Positions 1 through 8,246 of a stretch of DNA of 12,887 nucleotides are shown in pieces (position 1 is the stretch's first letter; each line of letters starts with the position of its first letter). Position numbers and translations under genes: made by a program. The stretch covers positions 1 to 12,887 of the forward strand of contig JBDRJQ010000002.1 of the NCBI GenBank assembly GCA_043814765.1. Reading direction: 5' to 3'. The DNA is from Nanobdellota archaeon. Its GTDB lineage: Archaea; Aenigmatarchaeota; Aenigmatarchaeia; QMZP01. The notes beneath the pieces were generated by a model that was given only the letters and a program-made list of their open reading frames with translations, ran no database searches and had not been told where the DNA came from.

Positions 1-588
1 CTATTCCTCGGATTCGTGATAGCATTCTCACTATGGTTCATATTCCTACCAGGAGCAACCGCAGAAAGCCTATTCGACACACAACTAAACACCATAAGCG
101 CAATCAACAGCCAAGCAACAGCAGGAAGCATAACAGGAGCCTACAGCACAAGATTCCTAAACGACATCATATCCAACAACCTAAAAGTGCTATTCTTCTG
201 CCTGTTCTTCTCATTCTTCTACGGAGCAGGAGCAATATTCATCCTAACATGGAACGCATCAGTAATATCCGCAGCAATAGGAACCTTCGTAAGAAACAAC
301 ATAGAAGTATACGCAGCATCAGTCGGCCTTTTCAAAGTAGCAGGATACATGCACATCTTCTCACTAGGAATAGTAAGATACATGACCCACGGAATATTCG
401 AAATAGCAGCATACTTCGTAGCAGCACTCGCAGGAGGACTAATATCAATAGCAGTAATGAAACACAACATAGGCACAGAAAAATTCAAAATAGTCATGAA
501 AGACGCTTTGATTCTAACATTCATAGCAGCAGTACTCATAATCGCAGCAGGACTGATAGAGGTTTATATAACACCAGTTCTTGTTTAA
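1..588 (+). CDS. Stage II sporulation protein M (SpoIIM/DUF95)-family membrane protein, 5'-truncated
   Basis: Frame is open from base 1 (LFLGFVIAFSLW...), so GTG16 is not the true start. The protein is hydrophobic with family-typical segments I(I)SNNLKV, WNASVI, HGIFEIAAY..A..GG and C-terminal AAGLIEVYITP. Stop TAA at 586-588. Confidence 0.85.
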   Translation, partial: LFLGFVIAFSLWFIFLPGATAESLFDTQLNTISAINSQATAGSITGAYSTRFLNDIISNNLKVLFFCLFFSFFYGAGAIFILTWNASVISAAIGTFVRNNIEVYAASVGLFKVAGYMHIFSLGIVRYMTHGIFEIAAYFVAALAGGLISIAVMKHNIGTEKFKIVMKDALILTFIAAVLIIAAGLIEVYITPVLV

Positions 589-595
589 TTCTTCC

Positions 596-610
596 AAAAA
601 CTATTTAAAC
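596..610 (+). promoter_or_regulatory. Putative archaeal BRE/TATA promoter for aglB
   Basis: AAAAACTATTTAAAC, with TTTAAA at 604-609 about 25-30 nt upstream of ATG634 in a 45-bp intergenic gap. Geometry fits a short-leader or leaderless transcript. Confidence 0.55.
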
Positions 611-633
611 AAAACTAAAAATAGGAAATACTG

Positions 634-3273
634 ATGAGCGAACTTGAAAAGAGGAAAGAGGCAGTTCTTGAAAAACTTAAACAGGTAACTAGCAAACCAA
701 TTTATTTAATATACTTGGTACTAGGAATAATAGTTTCATGGGGAGTATACATCAGAACAAGAAACCTAAGCATAATCAACTGGCAATACCCAATCGATCC
801 AGACTCGTTCGCATTCCTAAGATACGCAAAATATATAGCAGAACACGGGCACCTGATGGACATCGACATGCTTAGGTACTATCCGATAGGATGGTCTAAC
901 CTCTCAGAATTCAGAGTGCTAAGCTACTTCATTGCTTACCTCTACAAATTCCTAAACTTCTTAATGCCTTCAGTCACAATTGAAAACGCAGATGTGCTAT
1001 ACCCAGTAATATGCTTCGCGGGAGGAGCGATATTCTTCTTCCTGTTCATGAAAAAACTGTTCAACTGGAAAATAGGCCTAGTATCCACAGGATTCCTAAT
1101 AGTACTACCAGCATACCTCTACCGAACAATGGCTGGAGCGGCAGACAAAGAAGCATTCGCAACAATGATGATGTTCGCAGCACTCTACTTCTTCCTATAC
1201 GCATGGAAATCAAGCACAACAAGACAAGCAATAATATATGGGACCCTTGCAGGGCTACTCACAGCACTGACAGGCGCAGTATGGGGTGGTGTTATGTTTT
1301 TATTCCTAATATTCGCAACATTCACACTAATCAATGTCATTCTTGGACAGATGAATAAAAGAACCACCCTCACATATATATTATGGTTCATTATAATGGT
1401 AATCTCAATCAATAGCTTATATCCAGAGAGATTCTACCTAACAAACTTCATCTCAAGCATACAATCAACAGCAACAACCTTTGTGTTCTTCACAGTAATT
1501 GTATATTACCTACTCTCAAAAAAACCAGAGATAACAAGAAAACTAGTTGGCCTGACAAAGAAGAAACTTCCACTAGGATTCATAGCCCCGCTACTAGTCT
1601 TCCTAATAGGACTCATAGCACTAACCCTCTTCTCAGGACCAGAAAAAGTGATATACCAGATAACCCAAGGGTACATACAGCTAACAGAGCCATTCGGAAC
1701 AAACAGATGGGTACTGACAGTAGCAGAGGCACACCTGCCCTCATTCAGCGACTGGAAAGGACAATTCACACAAAAGTATCTATTGATAGTACTTGCAGGG
1801 GCAACCCTTGCGTTTTACACAATGACAAAAGTCTTCAAAACAAAGAGGATTATTCCCACAATAATATTTGCACTAGCCCTCGTAGGGATATCTATAAGCA
1901 GATACTCTCCGTCAAGCCCCCTACTAAACGGAAGCACAGGAATTGCACTTCTTATCTACTTCGGATCATTACTCTTGATATGTGGAATGTTCTTTTATGC
2001 ATATTTCAAATTCTTCAGCAAAGACAAACAGTCATTTGAACTCTTGCAAAAAATCGACAAAAGTGCATTATTAGCAATAATCATCCTATTATACCTCATG
2101 ATATCAGCAAAAACAGCAATACGACTATTGTTCATATTCGCACCAGCAACTGCAATATTCGCAGGATACTTCACAATAGAAACACTGGACCGGCTAAAAA
2201 AAATAAACAACGACACCTACAAGATAATCGGATATGTAATACTGATAGTACTAATCTCAACAACATGGTGGGGATTCTCAGAAGCAAGCATGAATCAAGC
2301 AAGATACACAGGGTCCAGCTACACATACCAATGGGTGCAATCAATGAACTGGGTACGGGAAAACACACCAGAAGATGCAGTATTCGCCCACTGGTGGGAC
2401 TACGGATACTATGTGCAAACCGGAGGAGAACGAGCAACACTAAGCGACGGAGGAAACTCAAGAGGAGCAATAAACTACTTCACAGGAAGACACCTGCTTA
2501 CAGGGCAAAATGAAACAGAAGCATTAGAGATACTGAAAGCAAACAACGCAACACACTTCCTAGTAGTGTACGAAGAGATAGGAAAATACCCTGCATTCTC
2601 ATCAATAGGATCAGATGTAAACTACGACAGATATTCCTGGATAAGCACATTCCAACTAGATCCAAGCCTTGTTCAAGAAACAAGAAACGAAACAGTACTG
2701 ATATTCACAGGCTCAACAGCAATAGATGAAGACTTCATATACCAAGACCAACTATTCCCCAACGGAGGAGCAGGAATCGGAGGAGTAATGATTCCAATAG
2801 AAACAAATACTGTGATGGAAGGCAACGCAAGCCAAACAACTCAAGAGATTAAACAACCAGCAATTTTACTAGTCTATGCAGGACAACAATACCAGATACC
2901 TTTAGAATGCGTATTCATTGACGGTGAAGAAAGAGTATTCCCACAAAAAGGATACCCAGGATGCTTCAGAGTCATGCCTTCAATAGACGGAGCAAACCAA
3001 GTGAATCCTTTAGGTGCGGGACTCTTGTTGTCACCAAAAGTAAGAAGAACAGTATTCACAAAACTATTCCTATATGACCAACCATCAGAATACTTCACAA
3101 AAGTCTACACAGACGAAAACACAGGTATGCCTCTCGCACTATACCAAGGGAGACTAATCGGTCCACTGAAAATCTGGGAAATAAGCTATCCTGACGACCT
3201 GGTAATACCAGAAGAATACTACGGCACAGAGGAACCAGAAGGGGTAACAGCGGTCGGGAAAAAATTTGCATAA
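634..3273 (+). CDS. aglB: Archaeal oligosaccharyltransferase AglB (STT3/PglB family), 879 aa
   Basis: Multi-TM N-terminal region plus soluble C-terminal domain. Motifs: WWDYG (2392-2406), TIxE-type TVAE (1717-1728), acidic DPDS in the first loop and RTMAGAADKE, DGGN after WWDYG, and DK-motif variant EIGKYPAF (2575-2598). Confidence 0.96.
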   Translation: MSELEKRKEAVLEKLKQVTSKPIYLIYLVLGIIVSWGVYIRTRNLSIINWQYPIDPDSFAFLRYAKYIAEHGHLMDIDMLRYYPIGWSNLSEFRVLSYFIAYLYKFLNFLMPSVTIENADVLYPVICFAGGAIFFFLFMKKLFNWKIGLVSTGFLIVLPAYLYRTMAGAADKEAFATMMMFAALYFFLYAWKSSTTRQAIIYGTLAGLLTALTGAVWGGVMFLFLIFATFTLINVILGQMNKRTTLTYILWFIIMVISINSLYPERFYLTNFISSIQSTATTFVFFTVIVYYLLSKKPEITRKLVGLTKKKLPLGFIAPLLVFLIGLIALTLFSGPEKVIYQITQGYIQLTEPFGTNRWVLTVAEAHLPSFSDWKGQFTQKYLLIVLAGATLAFYTMTKVFKTKRIIPTIIFALALVGISISRYSPSSPLLNGSTGIALLIYFGSLLLICGMFFYAYFKFFSKDKQSFELLQKIDKSALLAIIILLYLMISAKTAIRLLFIFAPATAIFAGYFTIETLDRLKKINNDTYKIIGYVILIVLISTTWWGFSEASMNQARYTGSSYTYQWVQSMNWVRENTPEDAVFAHWWDYGYYVQTGGERATLSDGGNSRGAINYFTGRHLLTGQNETEALEILKANNATHFLVVYEEIGKYPAFSSIGSDVNYDRYSWISTFQLDPSLVQETRNETVLIFTGSTAIDEDFIYQDQLFPNGGAGIGGVMIPIETNTVMEGNASQTTQEIKQPAILLVYAGQQYQIPLECVFIDGEERVFPQKGYPGCFRVMPSIDGANQVNPLGAGLLLSPKVRRTVFTKLFLYDQPSEYFTKVYTDENTGMPLALYQGRLIGPLKIWEISYPDDLVIPEEYYGTEEPEGVTAVGKKFA

Positions 3274-3274
3274 A

Positions 3275-4243
3275 ATGAACAAACCTTTATCTAAAAAAAT
3301 AACTGCCATAATCCCGAGCCTACCTGACAAAGACCCGGAACAAGCACTGGAAACACTAAAAAAAACTGACTACCCCCTTGACAAAATAGAAGTCATGATC
3401 ACTAAAGGAAAAAACCCCTCAAGACAAAGAAACCAAGCAATCGACAGAGCAACAGGCAATATAATATTCTTCTTCGACGATGACTCAGAAATACCAAAAG
3501 ACTACTTCAAAAAAGCGCTTGAGCATTATGAAGACGAAACAATAGACGCAATTGGAGGTCCTGCAGAAACCTCGAGAACAGCACCATTTCTGCAAAAATG
3601 CTTCGGATATGTAATTGGATCATACTTCGCAACACAGAGCATGAGCAACAAATTCCATGGACACGGCAAAGTCAGAGAAGCCACAGAAAAAGAATTAATA
3701 CTCTGCAATTTCAACATCAGAAAAGAATCGCTTGGAAAAAACAGATTCGACGAAAGACTATACCCCAACGAAGAAAACGAACTATTCAACAGATTAAAAT
3801 CAGAAGGGAAAAATTTTCTCTACGACCCCAACCTAAAAATCTACAGATACAGAAGAAAAAGCATACTCAACTTTGCAAAACAATTCTACAAATACGGATA
3901 TGGGAGAATAGAACACTTAATAATCAGACCAAGATCATTCTCACCAGTATTCATCATACCACCCCTCTTTGTGATATACCTACTGCTATTAATCGGGCTA
4001 ATTTTTATGCAAAAAGCATACCCAATATATTTTATTCCTCTGGCACTATACCTCCTAATCACAATCGGAAGCGCAGCAAAAATTGCAATAACTGAAAAAG
4101 ACCCAAAAACAATATTAATAACACCCCCCTTATTCTTAATAGTGCACACCTCATACGGCATAGGAATGATAACAAGCCTTTTAAACTTCAGAAAAACAGA
4201 ACGCCCAAAAGAGGTAAAAGTAACAAAAATAAAGCTAAAATGA
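3275..4243 (+). CDS. GT2-family glycosyltransferase with C-terminal membrane helices (ExoA-like), ~322 aa
   Basis: AIIP N-terminal strand, RN.AI..ATGNIIFFFDDD (DxD), AIGGP, FDERLYPNEENEL, KQFYKYGYGR and a hydrophobic C-terminus. ATG3275, 1 nt after the aglB stop, is preferred over TTG3266. Confidence 0.9.
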   Translation: MNKPLSKKITAIIPSLPDKDPEQALETLKKTDYPLDKIEVMITKGKNPSRQRNQAIDRATGNIIFFFDDDSEIPKDYFKKALEHYEDETIDAIGGPAETSRTAPFLQKCFGYVIGSYFATQSMSNKFHGHGKVREATEKELILCNFNIRKESLGKNRFDERLYPNEENELFNRLKSEGKNFLYDPNLKIYRYRRKSILNFAKQFYKYGYGRIEHLIIRPRSFSPVFIIPPLFVIYLLLLIGLIFMQKAYPIYFIPLALYLLITIGSAAKIAITEKDPKTILITPPLFLIVHTSYGIGMITSLLNFRKTERPKEVKVTKIKLK

Positions 4244-5697
4244 GAATCGCAATTGTCTATCCTCCCTTCACAAAAGGGAAGGAATACCCCCTACTAGGAC
4301 AAAACAGACAATTCAGATACTCCAACTCAAAAGAAGTAAGGATATTCCCCCTCATACCGGCAACAGCAGCAACAATCCTGAAAGAAGCAGGACACGAAGT
4401 ACTATTTCTAGATGGCATAAACCAAAGACTAACCAAAAAAGAATTCATACAAAAACTAACAGACTTCAAACCAGACTTAATTGCACTAGAAACAAAAGCA
4501 CCGGTAATAAAAATACACTGGAACTTCATAAATAAAACAAAAGAGAGGACAAAAGCAAAATTCGCACTATTTGGAGACCATGTATCCTACTTTCCAGAAG
4601 AATCATTCAAAAACTCAAAAGTTGATTACATAATAGTTGGGGGAGACTACGATGTTGGACTGCAAAAACTAACAGAGTCAATAGAGAAAAATAAAAAAAT
4701 GCCAGAGGGAATCTGGTACAAAAACAAAAAAATAATCCCTAACGGCAGATTACAAAACATAAAAAATCTAGACAAGATACCCTTCATCGACAGAGAACTA
4801 ACAAACTGGGACCTATACGGAGAAGCATATCTATACCAACCCTGCGCATACATACTAACAGGCAGAGGGTGTGGAAGTGAAGACTGCGGAGCAAGAGGAT
4901 GCACATTCTGCATATGGCAACACGCACTATGGAACAAAACAGCAAGACTAAGAAGCCCTGAAAATGTCGCAGAAGAAATAAGAATACTGGTAGCAAAATA
5001 CAAAATCAAAGAAATATTTGACGACAATGAAGGCGGAGCAGTATGGAGCACAAAATGGCTGAAAGAGTTCCATATTGCAATGGAACAAAGAAATCTGATC
5101 GGTAAAGTAAAAATATCAACCAATGCAAGAGCAGACTCACTCACAGAAGAAAACTGCAAACTAATGAAAAAAATCGGATTCAGACTCCTAAAAGTGGGGC
5201 TAGAATCTGGAAACAATAAAACACTCAAACTAATAAACAAACAAGAAACAGTGCAAGACATAATCAAAGGAGTAAAAACAGCAAAAGACCACGGACTGAT
5301 AGTCATGCTAACATCGATGGTAGGCTATCCCTGGGAAACCGAAGAAGATGTAGCACGAACATACAAAGTAGCAAAAGAACTAATGCTCTACAAAACTCAC
5401 CTTGGAGACTCACTACAATCAAGTGTAATAATGCCTTACCCTGGAACGCCGTTATACAACCAGTCACTAAAAAATAAATGGTTCCTAAAAGACCCAAAAA
5501 ACTATGAAATATTCAACCAAACACAAGCAATCCTAAAAAGTCCCATTGACACACAAAAATGGTGCAAAAAAATGTGGAGCATACATTCAAACCCAGTATT
5601 TATGACAAAAACACTCCTCAGCATAAGAACAAAAAGAGATATAACTTTCTTAGCAAGAGGCTTAAAATCAGTAATAGGGCACTTAAGAGATTATTGA
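4240..5697 (+). CDS. Cobalamin-binding-domain radical SAM protein (BchE/HpnJ-like class B fold) with atypical cysteine motif, 485 aa
   Basis: N-terminal Rossmann-like B12-type domain (GHEVLFLDG, PDLIAL, FGDHVS, VDYIIVG), then GRGCGSEDCGARGCTFC, RSPENVAEEI, VGLESG, VGYPWET and PYPGTPLY. ATGA overlap with the GT2 stop. Confidence 0.88.
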   Translation: MRIAIVYPPFTKGKEYPLLGQNRQFRYSNSKEVRIFPLIPATAATILKEAGHEVLFLDGINQRLTKKEFIQKLTDFKPDLIALETKAPVIKIHWNFINKTKERTKAKFALFGDHVSYFPEESFKNSKVDYIIVGGDYDVGLQKLTESIEKNKKMPEGIWYKNKKIIPNGRLQNIKNLDKIPFIDRELTNWDLYGEAYLYQPCAYILTGRGCGSEDCGARGCTFCIWQHALWNKTARLRSPENVAEEIRILVAKYKIKEIFDDNEGGAVWSTKWLKEFHIAMEQRNLIGKVKISTNARADSLTEENCKLMKKIGFRLLKVGLESGNNKTLKLINKQETVQDIIKGVKTAKDHGLIVMLTSMVGYPWETEEDVARTYKVAKELMLYKTHLGDSLQSSVIMPYPGTPLYNQSLKNKWFLKDPKNYEIFNQTQAILKSPIDTQKWCKKMWSIHSNPVFMTKTLLSIRTKRDITFLARGLKSVIGHLRDY

Positions 5698-5700
5698 GGT
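5696..5700 (+). promoter_or_regulatory. Shine-Dalgarno-like GAGGT
   Basis: GAGGT overlaps the upstream TGA stop and ends 4 nt before ATG5705. Confidence 0.5.
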
Positions 5701-5704
5701 AATT

Positions 5705-7201
5705 ATGAAGATACAATTCGTTTTCGCATCACCAATAGAAATGCCTAAATTCGGAGAGATGGGAGAACAAGTATCCCCCCCATTAGGAATCCTCTATTTA
5801 GCAGGATATCTAAGAGACAAAATCAAGGGAATTGAATTAAGCGCAATAGACGGTCCGAGAATAGGATTCAAAAAGACACTTCAAAAAATCAAAGAGTTCA
5901 ACCCAGACATCCTCTGCGTTTCCTACTATACAGTGTCTGCATTGGGCGCATATGAACTAATAAACTCCCTCAAAAAACATAATTCATCCCTTTTGGTGCT
6001 TGTCGGAGGCCACCATGTCACAGCACTTCCAGGAGAATCATTCAAAAAATCACAGGCAGACATAGAAGTATACGGCGAAGGAGAGATAACCCTAACAGAA
6101 ATTGTAAAAAATTATATCGAAAAAAAAGATCCAAAACAGATAAAACTTGAGAAAACACTCGGCATAGGGTATATGGACCGAGGAAAGTTAAAAATAACTC
6201 CACCCAGACCATTCATAACAGACTTAGATTCAATCCCCTACCCAGCAAGAGATCTCATAAAAATGGATGATTATAATGGATGGTACATCTCAAAGCAAAA
6301 CCCTCAAGCAAGAGTAATATTCGCAAGAGGTTGCCCCTATAGATGTACATTTTGCTCAAACAAAGTATGGAACAGACCGGGAGAAGGGGTAAGGATAAGA
6401 TCGCCTAAAAATATAGCAGATGAGCTTGAGATGCTCAAAAAACAATATGGCATAAGAGAATTTTTTGACGACGGAGACGAACTCAACAATAACATACCCA
6501 GAGCAATAGAGATATGCAAAGAAATCAAAAGGAGAAACCTATGGATGACTTGGAAATGCCAGCTAAGATGCAACAATCTTCCAGAAGAACTGGTAAAAGC
6601 GATGGCTGAAGCAGGATGCTGGTATGTACACTTGGGAGTTGAATCTGGAAATCAGAAAACCCTGAACGGTATAAAAAAAGCCATAACCCTCAAACAAGCC
6701 GAGGATGCATGCCGGCTACTCACAAAGCACGGAATAAAGACACTAGCACTATTCATGCTGTTCAATGTCTGGGAAGAAAACGGCAAACTATGCTTTGAAG
6801 GAGTTAAAGAAACAGAAAATACCCTTCGATTTGCCAAAAAGCTACTAAAAAACAAAACAGCATCATTCATATCCTCAACACAGACACAACCCTACCCCGG
6901 AAGCGAACTATACAACATAGCAATCAGGCACAATCTCATAAAAGAAGGCCTAAAAGGAAATTGGGACTCTTGGCTAAAAGATGAGATGTATATAATGCGC
7001 ATACCCGGAGTCAAAGAAGAGGATATGGCTAAGATGAGATCGAAAGCGAACTTAATAATCGCAAAGCATCTACTAAAATCCGGCAATATCTCTATGAGAG
7101 ACCTAGTCTTCTTTGCGAAGAAAGCAATGAAACTCCTAGAGGACAATATCAAAGCAAAACTAAGAACAAAAAAAGAACCTACATTAACTCTTTCAGCTTA
7201 A
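5705..7201 (+). CDS. Cobalamin-binding-domain radical SAM protein (class B type), 498 aa
   Basis: PPLGILYLAGYL, VGGHHVT, YGEGEITL, PYPARDL, canonical RGCPYRCTFC (Cys 6332-6355), GVESG and PYPGSELY. Confidence 0.92.
   Translation: MKIQFVFASPIEMPKFGEMGEQVSPPLGILYLAGYLRDKIKGIELSAIDGPRIGFKKTLQKIKEFNPDILCVSYYTVSALGAYELINSLKKHNSSLLVLVGGHHVTALPGESFKKSQADIEVYGEGEITLTEIVKNYIEKKDPKQIKLEKTLGIGYMDRGKLKITPPRPFITDLDSIPYPARDLIKMDDYNGWYISKQNPQARVIFARGCPYRCTFCSNKVWNRPGEGVRIRSPKNIADELEMLKKQYGIREFFDDGDELNNNIPRAIEICKEIKRRNLWMTWKCQLRCNNLPEELVKAMAEAGCWYVHLGVESGNQKTLNGIKKAITLKQAEDACRLLTKHGIKTLALFMLFNVWEENGKLCFEGVKETENTLRFAKKLLKNKTASFISSTQTQPYPGSELYNIAIRHNLIKEGLKGNWDSWLKDEMYIMRIPGVKEEDMAKMRSKANLIIAKHLLKSGNISMRDLVFFAKKAMKLLEDNIKAKLRTKKEPTLTLSA
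7163..7177 (-). terminator. Possible oligo-T archaeal terminator of the minus-strand operon
   Basis: Minus strand reads TTCTTTTTTTGTTCT just after the GT4 TAG (T7 at 7168-7174). It could equally be Lys codons of the + strand gene. Confidence 0.25.
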
Positions 7202-8246
7202 AAGAAAAGTCTCTACCTATTTTCTCCCAAGAATACTTATCCTGAATGAACTTAATTGCCTGCTCATTTTTATTATTTGACCTAGATGCTAAAGCATCAA
7301 TAATCCCTTCGGCAAATTCAGGTATACTCGTACCAGTCTGGTAGGTATAGCTTTTAAATGTGTAGAGATCACCAACATCGTTACATACAACTCTCTTCCC
7401 CATGGCAAGATTCTCACGTATCTTCATGGATGTCCTAAAATAATTCGCCTTACGAGCCTTATAATAAACAACACAGATATCGGCAAGCTTAATAAATTTA
7501 GCAACCTCAGTTTTATCCATATACCCAGTAAATACGACTTGATCTGTAATACCTAATTTTTTTGCTATTACCTTAAAATCCCCAAGCATCTGCCCGCCAC
7601 CAACGATTATAAGCTTAACATTTTTACGCTTCTTCACGACTATTGAAAAAGCTTCAAGTATCGCATCAAGATCAGATGCAACATTAAGATGGGCAGTGTA
7701 AACAATCAACTTATAACCCCCCAAAGAATATTTTTTGATAATTTCTGCCTTATCAAACGCCAAATCCGTGTTAAAAACATCAAAATCAACACCCTGATTA
7801 AGGAAATACAATCTATTTTCCTTAACCTTAAAATCCCTAATAGCATGCTTCCTCAAGTTATCGTTATGATAGCTAACCATATCAAAGAATCTCGGAAAAG
7901 GTGTCTGGACAGCCTTTGAAACAAGTGATATCAAACCATCCCTATAAGCATAATCTAAGTCATCTAAATCCAGAACAGTATATGCACCCCTAAACTTCTG
8001 GAAAAACATCGGAAAAGTAACATTCGGATAGGCCTTAATACCCACAACAACATCCGGCCTCTTGAAAAAAGATAGGAAAGTATATTTACATAAAGAAAGG
8101 GCATACTCAAACATGAATGGCTTTGAATGAACCGGCTTGATGTACTCAACAATATGCCCCTCTTTCTGTAGGGACTTTCCAAGATACTGTGTTTTAAGCC
8201 AGCAACCAGAATCTAAAGATGCCCCACAAATTAAAAGAAACTTCAT
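7179..8246 (-). CDS. GT4-family (GT-B) glycosyltransferase, 355 aa
   Basis: GHIVEYI, LDLDDLD, NQGVDF, LIIVGGG, VVFTGY, ADICV and SMKIRENLAMGKRVVCNDVG (GT4 K..E..A.G..VV motif). ATGA overlap with the upstream gene's stop at 8243-8246. Confidence 0.92.
   Translation of the reverse strand: MKFLLICGASLDSGCWLKTQYLGKSLQKEGHIVEYIKPVHSKPFMFEYALSLCKYTFLSFFKRPDVVVGIKAYPNVTFPMFFQKFRGAYTVLDLDDLDYAYRDGLISLVSKAVQTPFPRFFDMVSYHNDNLRKHAIRDFKVKENRLYFLNQGVDFDVFNTDLAFDKAEIIKKYSLGGYKLIVYTAHLNVASDLDAILEAFSIVVKKRKNVKLIIVGGGQMLGDFKVIAKKLGITDQVVFTGYMDKTEVAKFIKLADICVVYYKARKANYFRTSMKIRENLAMGKRVVCNDVGDLYTFKSYTYQTGTSIPEFAEGIIDALASRSNNKNEQAIKFIQDKYSWEKIGRDFSFKLKELM

Noticed and set aside
33..608. 191-aa alternative-frame ORF rich in R/S/N/H (likewise 1011-1358, 1707-2039, 2265-2513, 3598-4095)
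   Set aside because: Artefact of codon bias: scarce T at wobble positions removes stop codons from the shifted frame. No recognisable motifs.
4647..5306. 219-aa antisense ORF and the other short antisense ORFs in the track
   Set aside because: They lie inside well-supported genes, have F/S/L-rich mirror composition and show no family motifs.
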